From positions 3,968,001 to 4,032,000 of the forward strand of contig CM035362.1 of assembly GCA_020137815.1 (NCBI GenBank): a stretch of DNA of 64,000 bases, given 5' to 3'. The translations under genes and the position numbers were made by a program. The notes beneath the pieces are model-generated. The model worked only from the letters and a program-made list of their open reading frames with translations, was not told the origin of the DNA and ran no database searches. Positions 1 to 13,700 of the stretch are shown piece by piece (position 1 is the first letter of the stretch; each line of letters opens with the position of its first letter). The DNA is from Hormiphora californensis (taxonomy: Eukaryota; Animalia; Ctenophora).

Positions 1-412
1 GAAATGGTAAATGGAAATTTTTGGAAGTTTTTAGTAAACTAGATGTGAAATTGAGTACCATTTTCTAATAGAGCCTAGTGTTCTGGAGCATGACACATCT
101 GTTGACTACTCCGAAAGCATATAGGGGGGGGGGCCTTTTTTTGCCGCACACGGTAGCACACATCTCCATGCTCCCCGCCCTCTCGTAGTTCGAGTACTAA
201 CACGGACAATAATGGAGCACAGCTCATTTTCATTTTTCCTACCTCGATGCGGAGTTAACCAATGACTATCTGGCACTACTTCCTCACTTCTTCGCCGGAG
301 CTAGCTCCCACACCTGGCTTCCACTTTTCTCGGTCGACTCCAAAGCACGGCAACTTAGTGTTCTCAACTATAAATATGTTGCCCTGATACTGACTACTCT
401 GAAAGAAGAACG

Positions 413-1198
413 ATGAAGATTATTTACCTGCTAGTATTGGTGGTGGTTGAGGCCGCGGACCCCATAGACTTCAACCCTGTATGGCAGCTTAGCCATGAAC
501 CTGAACCCTGCGGATGGCCATGTTATGGGCTATACGACTGGGATGGACTGACGGGTATGGTATTGGTAGTGATGATACTGCCCTCACTATGGACTACCTG
601 AGCCACTGGGTATGGAAGGAGCCAGCAGACTACATTGCTATCGTGAGGCACCAAGGAGGGGTGGTGGACGCAGTCAAGGTGTTCGAGTTCACAAATTGGG
701 GAATCAGCCTTCTGGAGAGGTTCCAAGATATGAACCCAGGAAGGTGGGTTGTTACCAGTGGGGGACCCATCCAAGAAGAGGTAGCGGGTGACGCCAAAAA
801 TCTTGGAGATGATCCTATATTTGGTGTTGGTGGAGACTTGGCATTCAACTGGGGGTACACCGATAATGGACACAGGATCGTCCTAACTGGAGGACACTTA
901 TCAGCAGAAGATTCTAATGATGACAACACTCACGGGCTGGGAAATGACTTCGCGTGCAATCCTATCACTGGAGTGACTAATGAAAACGGGTACTGGGCAC
1001 ACGAGATATCCAACATTCAGGATTGCCCTCTAGCGACCTGCCATCATGTCAAAGTACAGGGTACCGACCATGGGAACGGGCCTCACCTGAAGAGTGGTCC
1101 AGTGTATGGGAATTACGCCATCTACATCTCAAAGGACGCCTACCACTTTCCCTGGACCTGGATCTGAACTGGACCTGGAAATGAGCTCCTGGAAATAA
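413..1198 (+). CDS. Intronless secreted protein of unknown function, interrupted by apparent 1-nt frameshifts near 540 and possibly near 1150; probably nested in a TRPM intron
   Basis: TATAAATA at 369-376. The ATG 413 frame gives a signal peptide (MKIIYLLVLVVVEA-ADPIDF). Protein-like sequence continues in the 514 frame (GWTDGYGIGSDD...YGNYAIYISKDAYHFP). A plausible C-terminus PGPGSELDLEMSSWK* (stop 1196-1198) lies back in the first frame. Confidence 0.6.
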
Positions 1199-1713
1199 TG
1201 AAAGAAGAGAAAAGAATGCTTTACCTAATTTTATATGTGTAGTATAATAGCAATTATCAAAACTTAGAATTCGGTGAAAAATGTGTCGTTGTTCTCCACA
1301 AAATATTTACCCTTCACACTGCACAAATCATTACGACGGGGGGGGGGTCGATGTGGATGGGTATTTTTCAAATACTAAGGAACCCTTCCAGTTGAGAACC
1401 CGTCGACTAAACAGTGAAAAATAATATTTTTGCACGATTTTGAGACGTTTTTACGCCATAACTCGATCATTTCTCAACCATTTTAGGAAATCTTGGGCTC
1501 ATTGGAAAGAGGACGTCGAGCTCTTTTTAAAGAGCTATGAATTTTGCAGATTCGCTAAGGGTCAATTCAAAAAGGACGTCCGTGATTTTTGGTAGTTTCT
1601 AAAGTTTTCTTAAAATTTCTAAAACTTTCCATGGATACCCGGATTTTGGCAAATGGAAATGGAAATTGTTAGGTTGAACCCCCCCCCCCCCCCCATTATT
1701 ACCCTCATTTCAG

Positions 1714-4700
1714 GGAGCGGATATGTGTGTTGATTACTCTACATCGAATCCAGAGACAGGATATGCTGCTTTGGAACCAAACCATTCACACTTCTTCCTT
1801 TGTGATGATGGTATATGCTCCTTCATAAATCTTTTTATTGCTCCTTTACAAGCATTAAGTTGTGTTATCACCACAAATATACTCCTTCATAAAAATATCT
1901 TCCGTCAGGTACAACGGATACCACTGGAGTGGAGATTAAATTCAGAGGGGAATTGGAATTTTTGATTACCAAGATGTACGAAAAAGACGGTACGTCATTC
2001 ACCCCGCTCTGCCGCCTGGTGGTCTAGAAATATTATAAGATATACAACCACTATAATAATGGGATAGAGTTCTAATAATACACACATATACAGTTGTGAC
2101 AATTCTATCAACTGTTACATTGTCGCATTGTCTTGAATTGCTCATACTTTCTTTTTATTCTAAACGGAAACAGTGTCAACTGTCAAGTGACTCAAACTTT
2201 GTCCAATGTCTGATTTGAATCCACACACTCTCTGTCTCCAGGTGTACCATTGCCTATGATTTGCATCATGTTGGAAGGTGGCAGTCAAAGTATCGAGATG
2301 GCCTTGAACAGCCTTCGGATGGGACAACCATTAGTTGTCATTCGAGGTATGTTATCAGCTAATAGTCTTATATAGTCCCGCGTATCACTATGGCAACCAT
2401 TAGTTGTCATTCGAGGTATGTTATCAGCTAATAGTCCCGCGTGTCACTATGGCAACCATTAGTTGTCATTCGAGGTATGTTATATCAGCTAATAGTCTTA
2501 TTATAGTCCCGCGTGTCACTATGGCAACCATTAGTTGTCATTCGAGGTATGTTATCAGCTAATAGTCTTATTATAGTCCCGCGTGTCACTATGGCAACCA
2601 TTAGTTGTCATTCGAGGTATGTTATCAGCTAATAGTCTTATATAGTCCCGCGTGTCACTATGGCAACAGACAAAACATGGCTTTGAGGAGGTTGGTAAAT
2701 CAGCTCCTACTTGAGCTGCACTCAAGTCAAGTAGATACGTCTTGTTTTGTTCAAACCGTGCAGGGAAGGAGGGTCGAACAAGGCAAGATACTTACGTGTA
2801 GATATATTGACAGAGCTGTTTAACAACTCTTTTCAGGAAGTGGAAGGGCAGCAGATATCATTTGTGCAGCGTGTGACATGGTCTCATTCAAAGAGGAGTT
2901 TATTGATGGGTAAGTGCCAGGAACCGACCGGATCAGGAAATACTGGTCCCTGATTGGCTGATAACCAGCCACGTGACCTAAATAACGAGTTCTGATTGGT
3001 TTTTTACTTGTTTCGGTCGGTTCCTAGTAAGTGCAGAATCGTTATGTTATTGTCACCAAACTTTTTTGTCACCAAACTTGCTAAAATGCTTCACCTCAGC
3101 AGTAGCAGATTCCGATATTATCAATCCTCAATGTGTCCTCAGACTGTCCACGATGTGTGTGTTCATACTATTATTTGGTGCAACAGCACAAGTATTATCA
3201 ATGCTACAAGTTACAACATTTTCCAGAAACTTCATCATTTCAGGGAGTTTGTAATCAGGGGAGTGATAGGGGAAGAAGGCAAGAAAGACATATCGGAGAT
3301 GTTGGAAACTGTGTTTAACAAGTTTACTGAGAGCGCCAAGATAGAACAGCTTCTGGATAGTGTTGTGGAGATTGCCTCGATGAGAAAACAGGTTGGAAAC
3401 GAGTGCAGACCCGGTATATGTCATAGCTGTTACGTCATAGCGTGAAGTCATAGCGTGACGTCATAGTGTGACGTTATACAGCCGTGACGTCATAGCACAT
3501 CATTCCAATCAGCTTCAATCATTCTACATACTTCCCCGGCTCCCCTCCTTGCCAGATCACAAACCACCTTGATCCCTGCTAGGATCAGGAACCCATAATG
3601 TGTTCTAAGCAACTTTCAATCATTTTAATTTCCATCTACATGATATTTGATCCCCCTCTTTAAAATCCATCCTCCCTCCAGCTCCTAGTTCACTTTTAAC
3701 CACCCTGATCCCTGTCAGATAACCATCTACAAGATTGACGGCTCGGAGCCCCTTGATTTTGCCATCTTGTCCTCTTTGATGAAGAGCATTGGAGAGAGTG
3801 CAGCTAGGATGCGGCAACTAAAACTCGCTATCACGTGGGGCCACGAAAAAGTGGCCAAGGAACTTATTTTCGAGAAGAAAGACTACAAATTCAAGGTTTG
3901 TTAAATTTATTAGGTTTGCTAAATTCCTAAAGTGTATCTATATTGGTAATTTGGTTCCTCGTTTGGCCGCGGCCCACTCCGTATGAATTTCGCTCGCGAA
4001 CACCATGAATTTCCTCGTTTAATCATCCATTTTATGTTGTTCTAAACTCACTATAACTCACTATAACTCAACTAATAATTCTCAGAATAATAATTCGATT
4101 CCCAGAATGAGGAGCTAAACTCCCTACTTATGTTCTCCATCATAAACCGCCGAGTGGAGTTTATCAGACTATTATTGGACTACGGTGCGGACCTGAAGAA
4201 TTTTCTGACTGCCAAGAGTCTAACTAAGCTGTACAATATCCTGCCGAGGAACAGTGGCGCATTCAGACTGCTAACAAGATTCGATCGGGCGGTGAGTTAG
4301 TTATTTAATTAATAATATGTATTTAATTAGTTAATCATGTTTTGGCAATTAGCCAGCTTTTTAAATCGAGTTTTATTTAAATTTGCATGCGTCTAGTTTT
4401 CATTCCTTCTTGCTATAAACTTTACTGAAGCTCCGATCACAGATGTTCCTCTGATTACAATTATCCAGCTAATTATATAATTATCTCTCTATATCTTGCT
4501 ATACTTTCTATAACACCATCCTAGGCTAAGAACCCTGATCATTTTAAGAACTTAACAAGACGGGTGAGCTGCAAAAAATTATAGCTGCATCGCGTTTGAG
4601 TGTTTGTGTCTGTGAAACCGGGTTGCTAAGAGACCAACTTACAAAAAGTACTCGGGTATTTTTACCAATAAGTACCCATGATGGTATATACATACCCACG

Positions 4701-7700
4701 CAGCGCCGCCACACGTATTTTGATTGAGTTGTAAGCAGTTTGTATAAACATCACAAATCAAAAGTATTTTTTGTAAGTTGCTCTGTTAGGCAACTGATCA
4801 ATGTTTTGCTGCCTTGTGTTATGCTCTTCGTTTGTTGGATAAAATTTTATGACCCCCCTTTTTCGCAACATTGATTCGAATTTTGCTGACCTCTTACCTA
4901 AAAAAGAGCAAAGTTTTAAATTTTTTACGAAATAGTTCACGGTATTCCGATTTACCGGATTATAAACCCTTTCCGACCTTGAACTTATTAAAAAAGACAT
5001 GACAAATATTCGTCGAATGTAACTATTAACTATTCCACAGCATCGACTGGGGCTAATAGTTATAACGCCAACGCCCAACTGTGAATGTCGTGGACCTTTA
5101 TTCTACTCTCTCTCTATAATAACCGTCACACCCCCTCCCCTTCTTTAGATTTGTCTTCGAGATGTTGGTGAGCTGATGGAGATTGTTATGGAGGGAACGT
5201 ACCACTCAGTACTCACTCAGGACAAATATAATCAAGATATGAGAGAGGATGACCGATTCGATGTAAGTTACACACCATATTTGGGCATATATGACGTCAT
5301 CATATGCCCAAATATGGCAGGAATAAATACAATCAGAACATGGGGAAGCCTTTATGTTTGAAAATAATTTTGTATAACAATTCATATTTTATCTAACTTG
5401 TATAGCGCTTTTTTAGGATGGCTTAGTGAGTGATGCCGCTATCAACTGGAACCAGTTGCAAATCTATGACCCCCAACAACCCTACCCAGCGACGTCCTAT
5501 CGTCGCCTCCCTTTCCTCAACAACTACATTCATGCTGTTCCTGGTCACCATGACCGTACTGCGTTTCGGAAGCTGGAATGTCTGTGGCCTGGCTGGTGAA
5601 GCGAGGTTAGCACACGTCGTCCAGGATTTCGAGAACTACCATCTTTCCGTGGTCGGTATTCAGGAGACCAAGGTCAGAAGCAGCAGAATCGAAACCGTCC
5701 CTGGAGGCCATAAACTTATCCTGTTTAACCAGGATCGCGGACAGTGGCACGGAGGACTCGGCTTTTTGATCAACCGTGATTTCACGGTAAATGTCAAGTC
5801 CTACAAACAAATTAGTGACAGAGTGGCGTACCTGGACGCAGAGCTCCCTGCATCCAGCCCCGACAAGCCACCAACCCATTTACGTTTCATAAACTGTTAC
5901 AGCCCCACCAATCCAAAATCCATCCTCAACCCTCAACTCGCACAACGCTTCTACGATGAGCTCAGTCAAGCTCTGGACGTACCTGCCCGGTACGAACCAT
6001 GGATCCTCGGAGATTTTAACGCTAAAATTGGCAAATTTCCCTTTGACGATCCTGTCAGTGGAATCAACGAGATAATGGGTTCATATTCAATTGGACGGCG
6101 AAACGAAAACGGCCAGCGACTTGCAGACTTTTGCATCACAAACAGCCTCTTTATAGCTAACTCTGCTTTCAAACACTCCTCACGCCACATCTCCACTCGG
6201 ACAGGTTGGGTGAAGGAAAAGAAATCAGGGCTTACAAGGCCGTATTTCTCACAGATTGACTACATTCTGTGCAGGTCCCGAAGCAAAAGTTTCCTCACTG
6301 ACGCAAGGGCCTACGCCGGAACAACACACAGGAGCGATCATAAACTTGTGATTGCCACTGTGAACACTGTCAGGCACAAGCTGTACCGCAAGAGGGCAGT
6401 TGTGTCAAGACAATACGATACCACCACGCTAATTGCTAGTGCAGCAGCACGTGCTGAGTATCAATCGGAACTTGACCAGGGAATAGCAGCTACCGACTCA
6501 TCCGAGTCAACAAACAATGATTTCAAAAACCTCTTCGATAACGTCAAGCTCGCGGCCACAAAATCTGTTGGGTTCAAACCTCTTGCTAGGAAGAGGCACC
6601 ACACATCAGACCCGGAGATAGTGGATATGTCATCTGATCGGAAAACCCTCCTGAACAAACTGAACAACAACTCCCTGAGTATCCGTTCCGGTCTGAGAAA
6701 GAGGATTAACCGTTTATCTGCTGACATCAAGCGCAGACTAAAGGTCCTGCGAAGAGAAGTAGCTGAGAGTCTTGCATCAGCCATTAACAACACTGATGAC
6801 TCACGCAAAATGTTCGAGGCAACAAGACAGCTGGCAGGAACTGTGAAACCTGAGCCAGTCACAGTTCACGACAGTGAAGAAAACCTCGTTCTCAAGGACA
6901 CTGAGAAGGCCAGGATTATTAGGGATTATTTTGAGGAGCACTACACCTGCCCTGCAGACGAGACCCCCCTTGAAGCTTTTCATGGACCTCCTAGACCTCT
7001 GGACACCCCCATCACCGCAGATGAAGTGAAAAGAGCAGCGTCCAAACTAAGGAATGGCAAGGCTGTAGGTCCAGACGGTATCCCTAACGAATTCCTCAAA
7101 CATGCCACTACATCGTTCTACGAGAGTTTCACATCTCTCATCAACCGATGTTTTGAACAGCATGAGTCAGTACCTTCTTTCACAGAAGGTTTCTTGGCAC
7201 CCCTCCAAAAACCTGGTAAACCCAAGGGCCCTCTTAAGAGTATAAGACCCCTATGTTTGCTTAATGGAACCAGAAAGATCCTTTCCATCATTATACTGCA
7301 CCGCATCAGGGACTGTGTGTCATCATATACCGGTCCTTGGCAGCATGCATACAAGCAAGGCACCAGCACCGGAAGTATTGTATGGGCGCAGAAGCTCTTG
7401 ATATCGGTTGTGAAGGAGAAACATTGGTCATTTCACAAAATGGGAATTGATATGTCTAGTGCCTTTGACACCATTAAGAGGCCAGTGCTCCTGAATGTCC
7501 TACAGGATGCAGGGTGCAGTGAGGATGACCTTCGCCTGGTCAGGTTCATGCTAGCTGATACAAGGCTGAGAGTGAGAGTTGATAACTGTTTGTCTGAGGA
7601 GTTTAACGTTTCCATCGGAGCTTTTCAGGGAGATAGTCTGTCTGGCAATCTCTTTACTTTATACCTTGCGGGAGCCCTCAATCACCTACGCTCAATAACA

Positions 7701-10700
7701 TCAACAACCCGACCAAACCCACCAATACAAGAAAACCTACTCCCGGTAGAGTGGGAATATGCAGACGATGTAGATTTCATCGACGAATCTGTTGACAACC
7801 TGACAGCCATGTTACCTATCTGCCAGGAGATTTTAGAGGAGTGGAATCTTCACGTCAACGAGACTAAAACCGAGCACGTCCATGTCTATCTTGCCAGCAA
7901 AGACGAGGTCGATCACAAGGGCGAGCCTGTGAAAGACCGAGAACCATGGAGAAATTGTATCTCACTTGGCTCTAAACTTGGATGCAAGGAGGACATTGAA
8001 CGACGTTGCAACCTTTCAAACCTTGCTTTTAGGAAATACAAAGCAGTTTGGGAACAAGGGCCTAGGATCTCCCTTGATACCAGGCTAAAGATATACGAGG
8101 CGCAAGTGGTATCAGTGCTGATGTACAACTGCAGCAGTTGGGCGGCACCTAAACAGACACTGCACTCACTTGATGTATGCCATAGGAAGCACCTCCGCAA
8201 CATCCTAAACATCAGGTTTCCTATTTGTATCTCCAACAAAACCCTGTACAAAAGGTGCAACACAGCACCCCTCAGCGAACGTGTATCCCGGGCACGGTGG
8301 AAAATGTTCGGTCATATTCTTAGGAGTCAGACCAACGCCCCTGCTATGATGGCTCTTAAATTCGCTGTATCATGTGACATGAGGGGTAGACGAGGGAGGC
8401 ACCAAACAAACCTCTTTTCAGTACTTAAATGTGATCTTAGGGAGAGGGGTTTCGATATATTGAATGATTTTGATGCGGTAATGGAGGCTGCGAGAGACAG
8501 AGTTGGGTGGAGAAGTATGAGTGTCGCTCATCAGTTTATTAAGGAGCTAATTTATTGGACATATTTAAACTGTACGAGTTCTATAATATAATAATATGTA
8601 TAGCGCTATAAAACGTTTCCCCTCTTTCTTCAGAATCCCTATGACTTGATGGTGATCTACTCAGCTCTGATTGATGCTCCTGACATGGCCAGGTTCTTTT
8701 GGGAGAACAGTCGAACACCAATAGCAACTTCCCTTATCGCACACAAGGTAACAAGTTGTTACTAACAACTTAGGATTTGAAGATCTGAGTCTGGAATCTA
8801 TAAATAATCGCCATGACGACATAATCTGAGATATTGTCTATGTTTTTCATTCTATGTCTTCTAATTATTATAACGGGAAGACATATAATATGTCTGGTCT
8901 TAGTTTTGAAATTACCCCTCATCTCGAGCTATAATAATGCATATAGGGGTGACTTCGTAACCAATATATATCTGGGTTTAAGATACAGATTCTAATCGTG
9001 GGAATATTATTCAGGTGTTCCTTTTCCTTGATAAAATGGAGGCAAAATGGGCGCGGATAGACGAGGAAATGACTGAGAAACTGGAAACCTCTGCTAGGTA
9101 AGAATTCACCCGTGCCCGCCTCTGCTAGGTAAGAATTCACCCGTGCCCGCCTCTGCTAGGTAAGAATTCACCCGTGCCCGCCTCTGCTAGGTAAGAATTC
9201 ACCCGTGCCCGCCTCTGCTAGGTAAGAATTCACCCGTGCCCACCTCTGCTAGGTAAGAATTCACCCGTGCCCACCTCTGCTAGGTAAGAATTCACCCGTG
9301 CCCACCTCTGCTAGGTAAGAATTCACCCGTCCCCACCTCTGCTAGGTAAGAATTCACCCGTCCCCACCTCTGGTAGGTAAGAATTCACCCGTCCCCACCT
9401 CTGGTAGGTAAGAATTCACCCGTCCCCACCTCTGCTAGGTAAGAATTCACCCGTCCCCACCTCTGCTAGGTAAGAATTCACCCGTCCCCACCTCTGCTAG
9501 GTAAGAATTCACCCGTCCCCACCTCTGCTAGGTAAGAATTCACCCGTCCCCACCTCTGCTAGGTAAGAATTCACCCGTCCCCACCTCTGCTAGGTAAGAA
9601 TTCACCCGTCCCCACCTCTGGTAGGTAAGAATTCACCCGTCCCCACCTCTGCTAGGTAAGAATTCACCCCTCACCATCTATCATGGTAGTGCTACCCCCA
9701 CCCCCAATTCTGCTAGATAAGTTCAACCCCCCCCCCCCTGATTAAAAAGGGTTCATTTCACCAAATTCTAGAACAAAGAACAGTCAAATCTCCAGATACT
9801 TTGACTCTATAATTATAGTTGTGTCATGTTATATCCTCTAACTTGTTTTCCTCCTTTGCAGAGAGTTTGAAAAGTTGGCATGTGGACTGATGACCATGTG
9901 CTACCACAACTACGATAAACAGGACTGGATACAAATCCTCGTGGTAAGAGTAATAATTTATAGTTTTTAAATAATTAATTATTAATAATACAGTCGGACC
10001 CCGATTTAACGGCCCCCGATTTAGCGGCCCCCCGATTTAACGGCAGCCTAATCTTCCCCCGATATAGAAAATCAACAGTATTTGACTCCGATTTAGCGGA
10101 CACCCCGATTTAACGGACAAAACCCTTTCCCCCGAGGGTGCCGTTAAATCGGGGTCCGACTGATAAAGATTTTGGCCAACTCGACATGTATACTCTTCAC
10201 CAGGAACCGACCGAACTAGGAAATACTGGTCTCTGATTAGCTGATAACCAGTCACGTGACCTAGTAAATAACGAGTTCTGATTGGTTGTTTAGGTACTTG
10301 TTTCGGTCGGTTCCTGCTTTTCACAAAGTACAGTCGGACCCCGATTTACCGGGCCCCGATTTACCAGAACCCCGATTTACCGGGAGGATAAACTTCCCCC
10401 GATATAAGAAATTGACGACATTTTGCCCCGATATACCGGGCACCCCGATTTACCGGGCAAAACCCTTTCCCCCGAGCATCCCGGTAAATCGGGGTCCGAC
10501 TGTATGTCATGTCTAAACTCACAATTCCATTAGGTGCCCCTCAAGGAATGGGGAGGTCTGAACCTGTTTGACCTGGCCACTATTATTGAAGCAAAGAATT
10601 TCATTGCCCACGCTGCATATCAGAGTTATCTAACGGATCTGTGGATGGGGCAACTGAAACCAAGCACCCGGGCTTTCAAACTTTTTGTAAGTTTGCACAT

Positions 10701-13700
10701 CCAAAACGAGATATATCCTGCCCTCTCTTATTTTAGTGACCATCTTGCCGCACACAGTTGTTATGTTTGTACTATAGTTATATTTTACACCCCCCCTCCT
10801 TCTATTTTGTGCAGGTTGGTTTAGTACCTCCGATTCCCATGTTTTTATCATACAACAAGATTCCCATGAGTAAAAAGGACATCGCTCGGAGAATCCTACG
10901 GGGCCAAGAGATAACGGTAAGGTCGTTACCATTGTGTTACCATTGTGGTATGTTACCATGGTTACCGTTGTGGTCTCTTACCATGGTTACCGTTGTGGTC
11001 TGTTACCATGGTTACCCTGTTTTTATTGTTTATTGTGATCAGGCAGATCCTTTCTCTTGTGCTTTGCTCAATGTGAGTGGAGCGAGCTGAGAGTAGGAAT
11101 CGTTGTTTGTATCAGTATAATTTAATCAGTATCAGTATAATTTAATCAGTATCAGTATAATTTAATCAGTATCAGTATAATTTAATCAGTATCAGTATAA
11201 TTTAATCAGTATCAGTATAATTTAATCAGTATCAGTATAATTTAATCAGTATCATTATAATTTAATCAGTATATCAGTATAACTTAACAGCATATCAGTA
11301 TAATTTAATAAGTACATATTACAGGGTATGATAGGGAAAGAAAAGGTAACAATATTTCTTGTGAAAATTATCTCGTACGGTTTTTTTCTTTATATGAAAA
11401 CTTGAACGGAAGCTATCGAGAAGCTTTTCTTTGCTTACTCAACAAGTCTTTGCTATACAAAACGCTACCGTTCGTCCGTTCGCATAATATATACTCGACT
11501 AAACTTTTCGAGAAGATCTTACTTCCGGACAGACACATGACCATAACAATTCTAACTAAACTGCAGTTTTGAGAGTTTCATCGCACACAGCTCTGATATT
11601 ATTGTTGCAACATTCCCTTGTTGAGTAAGGGGAGATCTCACCAGCAGCCCTTACTCAACAACTGTATTGCAGCGCCATACCCCATTTGACAGTGCGCTGA
11701 TTAGATGGGGTCGCCGCGCCAGACAGCTCAACAAAGATTAACTGCACTCTAATATTGGGTGGCCTGACTATGTACATTGTTCATAGATTAATCCCTTACT
11801 CAAATTTTCGCCACCCTTTTCAGACACGTCGGAAGCCGGTTGACGACGACGTTGAATTCGCACCCCAACTTCGGGCATACGACTACGATGAAAACGAAAC
11901 GAGAAGATCACCAACTTGGAAAGAGAAATTCTACTATTTCTATACATCACCTGTCATCAAGTTTTACCTAAACACCCTGACATACCTTCTCTTTTTATTG
12001 TTATATGGGTGAGTAATGACGTCACACAGGTGTAATGACGTCACACAGGTGTAATGACGTCACACAGGTGTAATGACGTCACACAGGTGTAATGCACGTC
12101 ACACAGGTGTAATGACGTCACACAGGTGTAATGCACGTCACACAGGTGTAATGACGTCACACAGGTGTAATGACGTCACACAGGTGTAATGACGTCACAC
12201 AGGTGTAATGACGTCACACAGGTGTAATGCCGTCACACAGGTGTAATGACGTCACACAGGTGTAATGACGTCACACAGGTGTAATGACGTCACACAGGCG
12301 TAATGACGTCACACAAGTGTAATGACGTCACACAGGTGTAATGACGTCACAAACGTGTAATGACGTCACACAGGTGTAATGACGTCACACAGGTGTAATG
12401 ACGTCACACAGGTGTAATGACGTCACACAGGTGTAATGACGTCACAAACGTGTAATGACGTCACACAGGTGTAATGCACGTGATGTAGGTAATGGCGTCA
12501 TGTGATATGAGTGATATGTCAAGCAGTATCTGATATCGGTTATTGTATCTCTCAAATCGAAAACTTTAACCCGATACGATAGTATTTTTAACTCACTATT
12601 ATTCACTTACTAATCAACTAATTAACTAATTATAACTTCTCTGAATCTCAGATTTGGTTTATTAGTTGAGAATGATGGCCTAGTGATAGACAAGAATGGA
12701 TCCAGGCTGGAGTACCAAGATCTCTATACCATGGTCTTTGTGCTGTCTACCGTACCAGTCGAGTTAAATCAGGTACGTCTCCAACACCATCTTTGGGCAT
12801 ATAATGACGTCATCACATGCCTAAATATGGTTTGTACTAGTACTGCAGTCGGACCCCGATTTACCGGGTAAAACCCTTTCCCCCGAGCATCCCGGTAAAT
12901 CGGGGTATGACTGTATGTCTTGATAAACTATCAAGTTTCTTGTTCCTATTGATTATTTAATTAAGGAGTTAATTAATTTTAATCACTGCTCTTTTTTAAT
13001 TAAGGAGTTAATTAATTTTAATCACTGCTCTAGATACGAAATGGTCGGACGAAAAGTAATTGGAAAAAGTTCAAGGATCACTTTATGGATTTGTATAACT
13101 TTATGGACGTTATAGCTGTTCTCATGTTCATTGGTACGTTGCCCTTATATGGTATTGGTATGTTGCCCATATATGGTATTGTGATGTTGTCTGGAATCTT
13201 CTGTTTGCTAATCCAATCTAAGAATTTTCAAACGGTTGCTGAACTGTCTGTATAATAAATCACATGTTAACATCTTTCTCTTCATCTTCTTATATCCTAA
13301 CGATTCTCAGGTGCATTCGGATTGAAAGCCAGTACCCCCTGGATATGCGCCAAGTCGCAACCAGAGGCCTGTATTGCAGATGGCGGACACACAGCACTCG
13401 ATCTAAACAACTTCGGGTATTATAAATCATGTCTGAACAATCAATCCATGATCACATTTAGACTCAATATTATACCTTCATAAACTAATTCATTAAGCTT
13501 TTCTTTACATGTTAGCTTGCATGATTGATCGATTTCAATCGGTTTTCCTCGCGTGATTCCTCACGATGCACGTGCAGCGCGTGAGTTCTGATGTACTTAG
13601 TTGCACGTGCAACGGAGTGCGGGAGAACTCACGCACTCAAATACACGTGCAACGCGTGAGTTCTCACGCACTCAGATGCACGTGCAGCGCGTGAGTTCTC

